Shown here in pieces: positions 24,543-36,806 of a DNA stretch of 64,000 nucleotides. The translations under genes and the position numbers were made by a program. Source of the stretch: Azolla caroliniana (lineage: Eukaryota; Plantae; Polypodiophyta); assembly GCA_043228905.1 (NCBI GenBank), contig JBHGNT010000017.1, positions 14,942,001 to 15,006,000 on the forward strand, given 5' to 3'. How positions within the stretch are numbered: position 1 is the first letter of the stretch; every line of letters starts with the position of its first letter. The notes beneath the pieces are model-generated. The model saw nothing but the letters and a program-made list of their open reading frames with translations, was not told where the DNA came from and ran no database searches.

Positions 24543-25308
24543 AGGACTTCACCGCCATACGTGACGAGCTGGCCGACGACTTCCAAGTCCTGGCGGATGA
24601 ATAGTTGGCGCAGGTCAGGCAACTCGTAGCTCAGCTAGACGATGATAGGCTGGACGCTCAAATCCAGTTTGAAAGCTCGAGCGGTCCCGGGTTCGGGAAG
24701 AAAAAGCACGGGTAGCGGAAACGGTTAACCTTAGTGATGAGGAACCGTCGCCGGCCGAGGGCCAGCCCGGAACCAGTCAACCGGAGACCACTACGACGTA
24801 GACGTCGGTGTCAGAGCAACAAACGGAGAAGCAGCCGCAGCAGCCACCAACGGACCCGTTGCAGCAAACATCAACAAAGCAGCAACAACAACATCAACAA
24901 CAACAACCAATTCCAGATGAACCATTGGAGACTCTCGAACAAAGCATTCTGGATATTTTGGACGAAGAATAGCAAGGGTCGGTTGTGGATTCGACGTACA
25001 AGGTACTGTCCCACGGGCGTGCCATGTGTTACCGGCCGGCAAAGGAGTCCAGAGTGTGAAACAGGGAGTTATTTAATTAGTAGGAATGGTTGTAAGTAAG
25101 CTATGAGCGTGGACGGACGGACCGGAATTGGTATGCCGTTCCGGATCCAGACCGATCCCGAACAGGTGCGGATGGCACCATTTTGTAATACAGACCGGAA
25201 ACCTATTTAAAGGCCCGGATACTGTTGGGGACGAGGTCTTCTATGCGGAAGATCAAGAAGCATTCGATTGGTGTTTGAATACCTGCGTATGACAGTTTCT
25301 AGGTCGTT

Positions 25309-25343
<35 letters not shown>

Positions 25344-25812
25344 CACAAAAGACTTTCTATTCAATAGAAACAATAATACAACACCCAACCTTACAAAAAG
25401 GTTACAAGGTTCGGACCGAAAAGAATGTCGTGGTCTTTTGTGCCAGCCAGATATCTGAACACATGCTTGACTGCGTTCCAATGCGATCGGCCAGGATTGT
25501 GCATAAATCTGCTAACGACTCCTACGGCATGAGAAATATCAGGCCGTGTCGCGACCATCAGGTACATAAGGGAGCCGACTGCCGGTGCATACGGTACCGA
25601 CTTCATATCTTCCCCCTCCGGACCGGATGTCGGGCAGTCTCGCTGAGAGAGCCGAAGATTCATTGGGAGCGGGGTTGAAGCAGATTTGGCTGATTGCATG
25701 TTGAAGCGTTCCAAGACACGTCGGATATAGTCGGTCTGAGACAAAAAAAGATGTCGTTTATCGCGATGCCGACTAATCTTCATGCCGAGTATGTGGTGTG
25801 CCGGACCGAGGA

Positions 25813-25912
25813 NNNNNNNNNNNNNNNNNNNNNNNNNNNNNNNNNNNNNNNNNNNNNNNNNNNNNNNNNNNNNNNNNNNNNNNNNNNNNNNNNNNNNNNN
25901 NNNNNNNNNNNN
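25813..25912. other. Assembly gap (100 N)
   Basis: Run of N. Confidence 1.
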
Positions 25913-26810
25913 AAACTAGATGAAGACGGCATTCGTGCCGGTTTTTCTTCGGGAGGGTGGACACTCCACAGGGGGAACCTCCTGCTTGCTAGAGGACCCA
26001 AGATACACTCACTGTATCCGTTACATGTTACGCTCAGAGAGGGTAACCTGTTTTTGGTGGATATTCCTGTGTCATCACTATGGCACAGAAGATTAGGACA
26101 CCTCAGCAAGGCCGGCATTACGCATCTATCTAGAGCCGGATACATCCCTAAACTCTCCTTCTCCGACCATCAATTCTGCGAGCATTGCCAGTATGGCAAA
26201 CAAGCAGCCGCATCACACCCGACATCAGCACCAAGAGAAACGAGACCTCTCGATTTGGTCCACTCGGACGTCTGTGGCCCAATGCCGCATCAGTCTCTCG
26301 GCGGTGCCTCTTACTTCGTCACTTTTATTGACGATTCGACTCGAAAGGTGTGGGCTTATCCGATTCGCACCAAAGATCGGGTCTTCTCGATCTTCTCAGA
26401 TTGGCTCGCTATGGTAGAAAATCAAACCCGACCGAAAACTGAAATGCTTTCGAACCGACAATGGGGGAGAGTTCAAATCAGAAGAATTCGTCAAATTCTG
26501 CCGACAACGCGGCATCCGACGTGAATTTACGGCACCACACAGTCCGGAGCAAAACGGGATTGCAGAACGAATGAAATCGGACAATCCAAGAAAGGATAGT
26601 TTCCATGCTCCAACACTCCGGACTGTCGGATGGCTTCTGGGCAGAGGCTCTACTCACGGCAGTACACATAATCAATATGTCGCCAAGTAGACCTCTAGGA
26701 CTTCAAATTCCTCAGGAACTATGGATCTGCAGTAAGCCGAATTACGACAAGCTGAGGATCTTCGGATGCGAGGCGTACGCCCTTATTCCGAAAGATGATC
26801 GCCGAAAAAC

Positions 26811-28799
26811 TTGCACCTCGGTCCAGAAATGCATTTTCCTTGGATATGGATCGACGGCGAAATGGGATACCGACTCTGGGATCCCGAACGCAGACAAATC
26901 GTCCGAAGTTCAGACGTTGTGTTCAACGAGTCGGCTATGAATCCATCAGTCGAAAAACCGATCGAAGTCCGAAGGGTAACATTTTCCGATGTGCCAACCC
27001 TTCAAGAAGGCCCCGCTCTCAACACACGGTCAGCTTCACGGGTAGCTGAACCTTACACTACCGACTCGGACAACTCCGACTCGGCACAGCAGAACAATCC
27101 GCTTTCGGACCATCCGACCACGATACCCGATGCGACCAGCCCAATCATACCTCGACGATCCGAGAGACTGTCGCAACCTCCGGAGAGGTACTCTCCTGGA
27201 ATTTTCTTCACTGACGCCGGCGAACCGACGTCTTACGAAGAAGCATCGACATCTGTCGATTCAGCCACCTGGCATCTGGGGATGGAGTCGGAAATGCACT
27301 CCATTCGGGCAAACAAGACTTGGGATCTGGTCGAATTACCTAAGAACCGACGTGCTCTTCCTTGCAAGTGGGTTTATCGACTAAAAGAGACGTCTGATTC
27401 GACCACCCCAAAGTACAAGGCCAGATTAGTTGCGAAGGGCTTCCGACAAGAATATGGCGTCGACTTCGACGAGATTTTTTCACCAGTGGTGAAAATGACA
27501 ACCCTTCGTTTTCTACTCGGCGTAGTGGCAGCCGACAACTTGGAGCTGATTCAGCTAGATGTCAAAACAGCCTTCCTCCATGGTGATCTCGAGGAGGAAA
27601 TCTATATGGAGCAGCCAAAAGGCTTCGTGGCAACTGGCCAAGAACATCTAGTCTGCCGACTCAGGAAGAGTCTATACGGCCTCAAACAGGCACCACGACA
27701 ATGGTACAAGAAGTTCGACGACTTCATCCAATCGATCGGCTTCTCCAAAAGCGATGAGGACCATTGTCTCTTCACCAACACAGCTCAAGATGGATCACCC
27801 ATCTTCCTCATCATTTACGTGGACGACATGCTAATTTCTGGACGCCACTCGGGCGAACTTGCCGATCAGATTCGGCAACTGCGGTTGAAGTTTGCCATGA
27901 AGGACCTCGGTCCGGCACACCACATACTCGGCATGAAGATTAGTCGGCATCGCGATAAACGACATCTTTTTTTGTCTCAGACCGACTATATCCGACGTGT
28001 CTTGGAACGCTTCAACATGCAATCAGCCAAATCTGCTTCAACCCCGCTCCCAATGAATCTTCGGCTCTCTCAGCGAGACTGCCCGACATCCGGTCCGGAG
28101 GGGGAAGATATGAAGTCGGTACCGTATGCACCGGCAGTCGGCTCCCTTATGTACCTGATGGTCGCGACACGGCCTGATATTTCTCATGCCGTAGGAGTCG
28201 TTAGCAGATTTATGCACAATCCTGGCCGATCGCATTGGAACGCAGTCAAGCATGTGTTCAGATATCTGGCTGGCACAAAAGACCACGGCATTCTTTTCGG
28301 TCCGAACCGAACCTCAGGCGTAGTCGGTTACACCGACTCGGATTTCGCCGGCTGTATAGACAGTCGGAAATCAACAACCGGATACTGTTTCAAATTCGGC
28401 AATGGAGCAATCTCGTGGAAGTCGAAACTTCAGGAGTGCACAGCGACCTCAACGACCGAAGCAGAATATGTAGCTGCGTCCGACGCAGCAAAAGAAGCTT
28501 TGTGGCTCGGTCGGCTGGCGCACACGTTACGACAAGTCGACCATGACTCGGCTCCAGTTGTCTACAGCGACAGTCAAGGTGCTATTGCCTTGTCGAAAAA
28601 TCCGGTTCACCACAACGCCTCCAAACATATCGACGTTCGATATCACTTCGTTCGGGACTGCGTCATTTCAGGGAAAATCGGTCTAGAGAAAATATCCACA
28701 ACCGACAATGTCGCAGATGGAATGACCAAGTGTCTTTCGGCAGACCGCTTTCGGTCTCTTCGGCATCAGATGGGCGTATCGACAAACCAGTCCGGTTAG
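26811..28799 (+). CDS. pol: Copia E2 RT-RNase H portion of Pol
   Basis: Nearly identical to the C-terminal half of the 1335-aa E1 protein. Confidence 0.85.
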   Translation: MHLGPEMHFPWIWIDGEMGYRLWDPERRQIVRSSDVVFNESAMNPSVEKPIEVRRVTFSDVPTLQEGPALNTRSASRVAEPYTTDSDNSDSAQQNNPLSDHPTTIPDATSPIIPRRSERLSQPPERYSPGIFFTDAGEPTSYEEASTSVDSATWHLGMESEMHSIRANKTWDLVELPKNRRALPCKWVYRLKETSDSTTPKYKARLVAKGFRQEYGVDFDEIFSPVVKMTTLRFLLGVVAADNLELIQLDVKTAFLHGDLEEEIYMEQPKGFVATGQEHLVCRLRKSLYGLKQAPRQWYKKFDDFIQSIGFSKSDEDHCLFTNTAQDGSPIFLIIYVDDMLISGRHSGELADQIRQLRLKFAMKDLGPAHHILGMKISRHRDKRHLFLSQTDYIRRVLERFNMQSAKSASTPLPMNLRLSQRDCPTSGPEGEDMKSVPYAPAVGSLMYLMVATRPDISHAVGVVSRFMHNPGRSHWNAVKHVFRYLAGTKDHGILFGPNRTSGVVGYTDSDFAGCIDSRKSTTGYCFKFGNGAISWKSKLQECTATSTTEAEYVAASDAAKEALWLGRLAHTLRQVDHDSAPVVYSDSQGAIALSKNPVHHNASKHIDVRYHFVRDCVISGKIGLEKISTTDNVADGMTKCLSADRFRSLRHQMGVSTNQSG

Positions 28800-29637
28800 A
28801 GCCGGACACAGAGCAGGATGGTTCCCGACAACCGACATCAGTTCCTTAATGATCGGCTTCAACTGCTCCGACCCGACCAGTTCGGTCTTCTGCCTTCGGA
28901 CCCTGCCGACTCGAACAAATCTGATATGCCCGAGAACCTAAGTCTATACCTGTAATCTTAGATAACCCATGTATACGCCCATTACGGGGGAGTGTCGAAT
29001 ACAAGTGTATAATGGACGTATTCACACTATCCCTTTGGGCCATTTGTGTAATTAGCATAAATGGTAGTTGCCCTAAGTCGGTCACTATATATAGTGACCT
29101 TGTAACCTTTTTGTAAAGGTTACAAGGTCACTATATATAGTGACCGACTTAGGGCAACTACCATTTATGCTAATTACACAAATGGCCCAAAGGGATAGTG
29201 TGAATACGTCCATTATACACTTGTATTCGACAGATACAATGTAATGAATAGCGGTTAATTAATAAAGCTTAGTGTTGTTATCTCTCTGTGTTAATTGTCG
29301 TTCTGCCTTCATTGTTATATCTTACGCGTGTGATTATTAAAGACGATCATGCTAAGTAACTTAATTAAGTCGGATTAATCGTTGAGTCTAATCATGTTGC
29401 CGTAACACCCCTTTGGTGAAGTGTCTTCCGTAGACACCCTATGTTAGGCCATTGTCCGTCCCTAAGAGTTAACACCAAATTCTTTGTTATTGTGGGCACG
29501 TGCAAGACATTCTTGATGCAAGTTTGCTCGCCTTCTTTCCCGAATGGGACATCGCCGATTTGCCGAATGGGATGCAGAGTGTCATCTCCGGTCTCTATGT
29601 AGCCGGGTCGATCCGGCGTTCGCAAGTCGCGAAACCA

Positions 29638-30672
29638 CTATTGGTGCAACGTCATGTGGTGTGAGACGCTAGAGTCTACGAACCACGCATGTTCGGAGTT
29701 GGAGGTGCTTGCGGAGTTGGCGGGATCGGAGGCCATCATAGACTTCGCTCTATGCCTCATCACGAAGAGTCCGCCGTAGTCCGCGTATTCCGCGTTCATG
29801 GCGTAATTTGTGAGTTGTCGACTTGTTGAGGCCGACTCGCTTCGTCTTTTTCGGCACTCCTCTTTGCGATGGCCAATTTTGCCACAATAGTTGCACGTAG
29901 GTGGCGTCATTCGCCGACCTTGTTCAGCGTGGAAGCTCCCCCTTCTTGTGAAGGTTCCTCGATGGCTTCCGTTTCCTTGCCGAAATTGTGAATTCCCTTC
30001 GTGGGATAGGTCGAATTGACCTCTTCCGCGTCGACCTCGTCTATGGGCACCATCCGTATCGGAGAAGAGCATTTGTCCTTCCGATGTGTTGGTCTTTGGT
30101 TGAACGTGGTTTTCTTCGACCAATAGCATTGATTAGAGGTTGAAGAACGAGGGATGGGTATCTCTCGCCAAGATTGCCGTTCTCAACGGGTTGAATCGTT
30201 GTGCGAGGCCGCCCAAGCATACTTGCACCATCTCGTCCTCGTCGATGTTGACGTTGATGGAGCCAAGAGAGTCGCAAATGCTCTTGATCTTGGCGGTGTA
30301 GTCCGTCACGGACATTTCTTTTTGTCGTATGTTGTTCAACTCTTGCCGGAGTTGAAGCTTGCGCGCGGATGTGTCCGCGACGAAAATCTTCTTGAGATTT
30401 TCCCATGCCTCTTTGGGTGTCTTGGCGTCACGAATGTGGCTAAGCATGTGGTCGTTTACACATGTTGCCAAGCAATACATTACCCGACTCGCGCCTTGCT
30501 CCCACATTGGGTAGTTGGCGTGTGTGGTTTCGGGTTTGTTTTCTTGTGCGCCGTTGATGTAGCTCCAATACCCTTGGCCGACAAGGTATTGATTCATCTT
30601 GTACTCCCAAGATGAATAGTTGCTTCGGTCTAGCTTTTCGCTAGGGAGAGAGCTTCCCATTTGTTTGTTCAT
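29638..30672 (-). pseudogene. gag: Copia B gag/zinc knuckle/protease with premature stops
   Basis: ORFs 30133-30672 (EKLDRSNYSSWEYKM) and 29638-30129 (CNYCGKIGHRKEEC, WFVDSSVSHHMT) are in one frame, separated by TAA. Confidence 0.85.
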
Positions 30673-30848
30673 GTTGATTGTTGTGTCTTCCGTTTTGTTT
30701 TTCTTCTCTTGGTCGCGTACACGTCCTTCGTAGCGGCACTACGGTAGTGGATAGCGAATAGTCGGGATTTGTCGTCGGCGTCTCGAACACACAGTCACGA
30801 ATAAGCGGTGGGCTTAGTGGATTTCCTAAACCACGCGCTCTGATACCA

Positions 30849-31288
30849 TGTTAAGTAATTAGGTAATTAACTAGGGTTAATTAGAGACTAATTATATGGT
30901 TACGTTAAGCAGCGGAAGATTAGTATGATATGCGCGTGAGAGTGTGTGAGAGGAAGAGAGAGAGAGAGAGGAAGTTACACTTAAACACAAAGATAAATGG
31001 GGGATGATTGACTATATTGAAAAGTGTCATCAACTACAAAAATACCCACAATGAGGTATATATACAACCCGTGTGCAAGGGTGCACATGTGTGGGTAGAA
31101 CATAGGTACTTATGTGTAAGTCCTACATTAAATGTACTAAGGAGTGGAGGATCTAGAATATCCTACTTAAGTACAAGGTCCTATTTAAAGGCTTAAGGTC
31201 AACACATTAACTAGATTCGATCTAGGTAACTACTAAGTTACATGTGTTGACTAACTAGATTAAACTAGTTGAGCTTGATATCTCAACA
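30849..31288 (-). repeat. 5' LTR of copia B (440 bp)
   Basis: TG...CA ends; adjacent to the PBS (TGGTATCAGAGC on the minus strand); right flank is the gag region of gypsy G. Confidence 0.85.
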
Positions 31289-33866
31289 GTATCTTTTTCA
31301 ATATCAAACATTAATTTGAATGAAGGACCAAATTTACCTTTTTCGACCTTTGTGTCCATCTCTTTTCTTTTGCTTTCTCTTGTCTCATGCTTTTTTGTTG
31401 AGCCAATCTCATCATCCGGCCTTTTCCTTTTTTCTTCCACTATCACCTCATGCTCTTGGTGTTCTACCATCTGAGCATAGACCGTCATAGCATCTACTGG
31501 AACATCCCATCCAGTGTTTTTCCTTACAGAATCTCCAGCAACACGAAGGTCTTCTATCTTCATCTTTTGCTTTTGTGCAGTACTTACAACCTTCTCCCAC
31601 AGAATGGTGATCGGGATGGCATGTCATCGAGGCACATTCCTGCCGTTGCCAAGTAGTACATTGCAGAAGCCTTCTTTGCTTCAGCTTCTTCAAATTTAAC
31701 CTTAACACCACCATCACCAAAGTTCTTTGTAAGTGAACTTCTAGTTTCAATTAAATAAATGTTACCATTTTTCCAATACACCAAGTCTCAATTTTCCATG
31801 TCTTTATATTCCACACAATCACGTAATCAATGTTCGAGACTATCACACCACATGCATCGAGGTCGAAATGGTTCCCTTGACCTCGAAGTCTGACCATTCT
31901 CAAGCTTTGCCACTTTAATTGTTAGATCTTTCATACTTTGAACTAAATCATCAAGCAAAGACTCACTCTTAGTTTCGATCATTTCTCGTGGTTGATGGAC
32001 CATTTCGTGTGATGGTTCTCGACCAAGTCTTTGAACTTCGATGTTTTGCTCAAGCCGATTTGTGATTCCCACATGTGGTATTTGTAGCATTGCACCATTC
32101 CTTTGCATTCTTTTCATAAATTTATTACAAGCATTTGTTACCTCATTCCAATCTGTAGTTATACCATCCTCAGTATTTGGTACTTCAAGCATGAATTCCA
32201 ATTCTTTTCTATATCTCTTGTCAACTGCCTGCAAAAATAAAGCAACATTTTGCCAAGACAAAGAATTTCTTTCTTCTAGTTTTAAGTGTCCATACATCCT
32301 ATCAAACTCTTTTTTTGTGTCAGCCACAGATAACCCTTTATCTTCTTTTAAGATCCATTCATGAAATGAACGCATAGTAACTCGAGAGAAATCCTCACGA
32401 GCATATTCAGACACAAGTGCTTCTTTGAATGCATTCCAATCCAAACTATGCAATGCTTGTATTTCACGAATTCTATCTCTTAATTCCATTTCCACTAATT
32501 TATAAAACTTTTCTATCTTATTGACATCATTTATACCAGACATTTCCATTTCATCATAATATATATTCACATACTTCGAAATATTTGTGCCATCAAACAC
32601 ACCAATCTTCTCTCGGACTTCTCGTAAGGCATCTTGATTCAACTTTTCAATAAACAACATTACCGGATCCATTGTACTCGTACTTGCCATGTTGATGTTG
32701 ATCTTTACTTTAGATGTCTCTTCTACTTCCCCGTTTCACGTCGGGTTCACCAAATTGTGTCGTGGCGTGGCTTGCCTAGAAGCGTAGCGTTGCGTAGACA
32801 GAAGATAACGTGAAAGTGAGGAAGGAATCACTGGGATTTTGGACAAAAGAGACGAAAGAGTAGAAATAGATAAATAATGATCAACAAGATATGACAAGAT
32901 AGGATATAGAATGATAATTGAAGCAATAAAAGAGATTTATAATTATTTGATGAAAGAGTTACAAAATAGTTGCGAGCGTTGTTGAATTTGAACTTTGTCT
33001 CACAAGGTAGACCACAATCTTCGTTTCTATCGCTCTTCTCTTTCTTGATAGTAGACCACAATCTTCTCTTCTATCTTGCAATGAGATAAGACTCGAACCT
33101 CCACCCTTTTTTTGTTAAGAGTTGAGCAGCACAACCGCCAACTTAGAGCTTCTCTTGTATATTGACCTTCTTTTCTTCTTTCTCTATTGTGATATCACTT
33201 ACAACATAACTCTATTTGATATATATAATATAGTTCTTTTGATATTGATCGATTCCTTGATCCCCCTTGTGACCATACTCCCTTCTCCTTTTATAGGGAA
33301 GAGATGGTTCTACATGTGGGCCATGTGGCGCACATGCAACGAGGCTCTTGCATGTGTGCTATATGGTGCACATGTAGAGAGGATTTTGCATGTGTACTAT
33401 ATGGTGCACATGTAGTACATTTCATGGTTTAAACCATACAATAGTACAATACATATGTTTAATACACATCACAAGTATAGGCTAAATGGTAAGATTGAAT
33501 ATAAGGTTGGGGTTGTTGGTGCAAGTCCTCTTTTGCCAATGTGATATGTTATATGGTGTGATGTAGTATATTACATGGTTTAGACTATAAAATATTACTT
33601 CAAATAAAACAACGCATATGATCTCTTTTAAATTATTAGTATAGGCTAAATGGTAATGTTTGAGTGTCATAAGACGGGGTTTATTGGCTTAAATCCTCTC
33701 TCGTCCATGTAATATAACTTACCTCTACATATAATGTATAATATTATCATAGTGTGTGTTGTTAATATTATCTTTATGTATAAAATATTATCAAGGTTTA
33801 TTTTATTTTAGTTACATATTTATCTTATTGTAGACTTTTAATGCGAAGCTTTCGTACTTCACGACA
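31289..33866 (-). mobile_element. Older Ty3/gypsy element G, 5' part (LTR 32758-33866, Trp PBS, decayed gag); the rest lies left of the window
   Basis: PBS at 32735-32752 identical to those of D and F; gag ORF 31827-32690 (FDGTNISKY...CMWCDSLEH) homologous to D gag; LTR tgtcgtg...cacgaca. Confidence 0.88.
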
Positions 33867-34975
33867 CCGGTACTTGAAAGGCACCTCGAGTATATGCCTC
33901 TAATTCGGCTCCGGTAAACCCAATCTCGACGGTTTTACCGATTCAGATATGTCGGTTGATGTGGATACCAACCGGTCAACATCTAGATATGTTATGACAT
34001 ATGTAGGGGGAGTTGTTTCGTGGTAGTCGAGGCTGCAGAAGACGGTTGCGTTGTCAACCACAAAGGCGGAGTACACGGCAGTTGTGGAAGCTGGCAAGGA
34101 AATACTATGGATGAAGGACTTCGTCGAAGAACTAGGGATCCGGCAAGAGAAATATCGGCTCTATTGTGATAGTCAAAGTGCCATCCACCTTACAAAGAAC
34201 GTGGCTTACCATTCCAGGACGAAGCACATCCAGCGCAGGTATCACTGGATCCAAGAACGAGTGGAAGACCAAGAGTTCGTGCTAATCAAGATCCACACAG
34301 AGGAGAACGAGTCGGATATGTTGACCAAGGTGTTGACACCTGACAAGCTGGACGCGTGTCGAAAGCGGATCGGACTGACCAGATATCCCATACCGAAGTG
34401 AAGGGGGAGAATGTTGGGATTTCGGTCCCTCCGGATGGGATGATGACTACCTAGCAAGGAAGACCCGGTGAGAACCAGATGATGCAGGCCCAGTGAGAAC
34501 CTCTCACTGGATGAAGGGACATATATGTAAATATGTCTCTGACAAGCCCATTGGGGCTATATTTGTAAATAGTCCTAAAGTCATATTAGTATAAATATGA
34601 CCTAGGGCAAACACTATTTGTGATCATTGTTGCAGATCATTGTAAGTGTGGTTGTATTTTTATGAGTAACTATTGTACAAAGAGTGAGAGAGAGAGAGAG
34701 AGAGAGAGATACAGAGCGATACTCTATTGTAACCGCCATTGTGCGAAGAAACAGAGCTCGAGGTCGTTGCCTCCGAGTCTCTAATTGTACTCTTTCTCTT
34801 CATAGTGATAGTTCGGAGTCTGTGGGCTCCCGTGGTTTTTCCCTATTAGGGTTTTCACGTAAACATCCTGTGTCATTTTCTTGTGTACTCTCCAGTTCCC
34901 ATTTCTGTGTTTGATTCTTATAAAGTGATTTACGACTCAGTTGTGGCCGAACGATATTCCGTGCATTTCTCATCA
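33867..34975 (+). mobile_element. 3' end of copia J (RT/RNase H, PPT, 3' LTR about 34412-34975)
   Basis: RYLKGT, STTKAEY, RTKHIQRRYHW, DMLTK; PPT gaagggggagaa then tgttggg; right LTR boundary approximate. Confidence 0.8.
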
Positions 34976-35285
34976 CTGTCCACATTAGATTATGAACTTG
35001 TATATATTGTAGAGTCTAGTGTCTGGCTACATTCGAGAATATTCTAGTCGTTAGTATATTCTAGAATTATTCTGTGGTATATTCTAAACGGGTATATTCT
35101 AGAGATATTCAATCTCCGAAATTGTATAAATACTTGTAACATCCTTGGTCCCTTTAAAGGGATTCAACACCAGTCATTGACACATCAATCTAGTATTCTC
35201 GTTTCATTCCATCTTGTCTCCTTCTTCATCTTTGTCTTCATGCCACAGATAGGAGGTAGCCACGAGAAATGACATCGAGTCGGAG

Positions 35286-36806
35286 ATGGCTATGGACAAG
35301 TCGATGGTGGATGGCCATGTGGAGATTTTCCTAACACTTCATCTAGAGACTTGGGCAGTTGCGTCTAGAAACCAACGTGAGACCCAAGAGACAGATGTTG
35401 GAGAAGAGGAAGAGAAGGACCAAGACAACATAGAGAATGACATTGGCCCGAAGATGGCAAGAGCAAGCAACGACCATGGAGAGGATTCGTCCACACTTGT
35501 TCCAGAGACTTCGGTAGTTGTGTCCGAGAGCCAACGTGAGATCAAAGAGACGAAAGGTGGATGTGAGGAAGCGAAGGATGAAGCCGGTGTGTACGATGAA
35601 GAGACCAAACGAAGCACAACGACAAATGTGGATGTGCGGGACAAAGAGCTCAAGCAAAGCACAACGACAAAAGCTGATGCGTGCAACAAAGAGCCGAAGC
35701 AAAGCACAACAAGGGAAGACGAGGGCCAAGTGGGCCAAGTGGATCCAAAATATCTGATCACAAAATCTAACAAGGATGACACTAGCGTGGAAGTCATGGT
35801 CAACTCCAACGCGAGAGTATACCACGAAAGTGGAAAAAGTGGGAAGCATGAAATGCGGTCACTTAAGGACCTAAAAGTGAGCATGTAGTTGAAGAATGGA
35901 CCACTAAGATACTCAACAACAGTATTATGATAAGGCCTTCGAAAAGCAGGCGTGGACTAAGAAAATATGATAAAAGAAAGTTAGATGACCAGTGAGCGAA
36001 GAATATGGTGGATCGGATGGCAACAACGGTTCGTGTAGAAACAAGAGACAAAATCAGCACAGGTGAGGCACAAGGAGCAAGCCAAAGGTTCAACCTTTGG
36101 CCCCACCACATCACTCTTTTCCTTCTTGGCACATGCCAGAGGATGTGTAGTTTGGTGGGGGTGGATGTCATGATATCGCATGTCCACTAAGTAAAAAAGT
36201 GTGGTTCCACACACATTACACACACACTTGTAAATATGAAAATACGCTTAGGGCTAAGTGCATATAGGGAGGTGCAAGCAAGATTTGAACCTTGCACCTC
36301 CAAGATAGGAAACAATTCACTTACGACGAAAGCTACTACTAAGTGCTTTAAATTTTGTATATTTTCTTATCATATTTAGTATTCCATAGGAAACAAACAT
36401 ATAAAACCATGTGCACAAAACCATGGTTTAAACCTATAGTTTTGTGCATATCATAAGCAAAACCATGGTTTTAGCCCATGGTTTTATGCATGAACAAACC
36501 TATAAAAACCCTAGTAGAGAGTGTGTAAAGGGGGGGCTCAAGAGGTGATATCACCATCAATATAAAATTCTTCTTATAAATATACTTCTTATTGTTCTTC
36601 TTCTTTTACCTTCGATCAATATTATTATACTTCTTATTGTTCTCCTTATAATCATCAATCTTTCGATCTTTTCAAATGTGACATTGGTTTCCTCAACTCA
36701 TATCCACATCATCATCTTTTCGACAATTTCGTGAACGTCCTCCCCGGTTCAAGACCCCAATGGTCCCACTCAAGAAAAGCACGGGCACACGTGCATCTTC
36801 GCGACA
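35286..36806 (+). mobile_element. 3' end of gypsy H (D/F/G lineage): atypical internal region, PPT and 641-bp LTR 36166-36806
   Basis: PPT tttggtgggggtgga and pre-PPT hairpin as in D and F; LTR tgtcatga...cttcgcgaca. Confidence 0.75.

Larger units (their letters stand above)
8868..24972 (+). pseudogene. Extra ORF of element C (about 900 aa reconstructed from 8868-11139, 19004-19083 and 24548-24972): globular N-terminal domain, P/K-rich linker, long coiled coil, Q-rich acidic tail
   Basis: ORFs 8646-9347, 9390-9689 and 9981-11147 are collinear. Reading continues across the D and E1 insertions (WAQNA|AELQ; TSED|FTAIRDEL) to TAG at 24970-24972. Confidence 0.65.
25223..29232. mobile_element. Second copy of copia E (E2) inside the 3' LTR of C; internally inverted/rearranged and spanning an N gap
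   Basis: Outer ends match the E LTR with perfect TSD gatac (25218-25222, 29233-29237). An RT fragment lies on - at 25410-25812 and IN-RT-RH on + at 25913-28799. Nearly identical to E1. Confidence 0.9.
6684..29474 (+). mobile_element. Non-autonomous LTR retrotransposon C (gag plus a large extra ORF, no pol), interrupted by D, E1 and E2
   Basis: LTRs at 6684-7116 and 25027-25222+29238-29474; perfect 5-bp TSD ccaaa (6679-6683, 29475-29479); own internal sequence is 7117-11139, 19004-19083 and 24548-25026 and has no RT/IN motifs. Confidence 0.9.
1..31288 (-). mobile_element. Ty1/copia LTR retrotransposon B (host of A and C). Own sequence is 1-474, 6132-6683 and 29475-31288; the 3' half lies left of the window
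   Basis: The pieces rejoin in frame across the insertions (EVEKET|GRHIRCLRSDGGKEYF; TITKNL|VSVGQI). Gag at 30133-30672, zinc knuckle and protease (WFVDSS) at 29638-30129, integrase at 6132-6683 and 1-474. tRNA-iMet PBS at 30833-30848. Confidence 0.9.
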
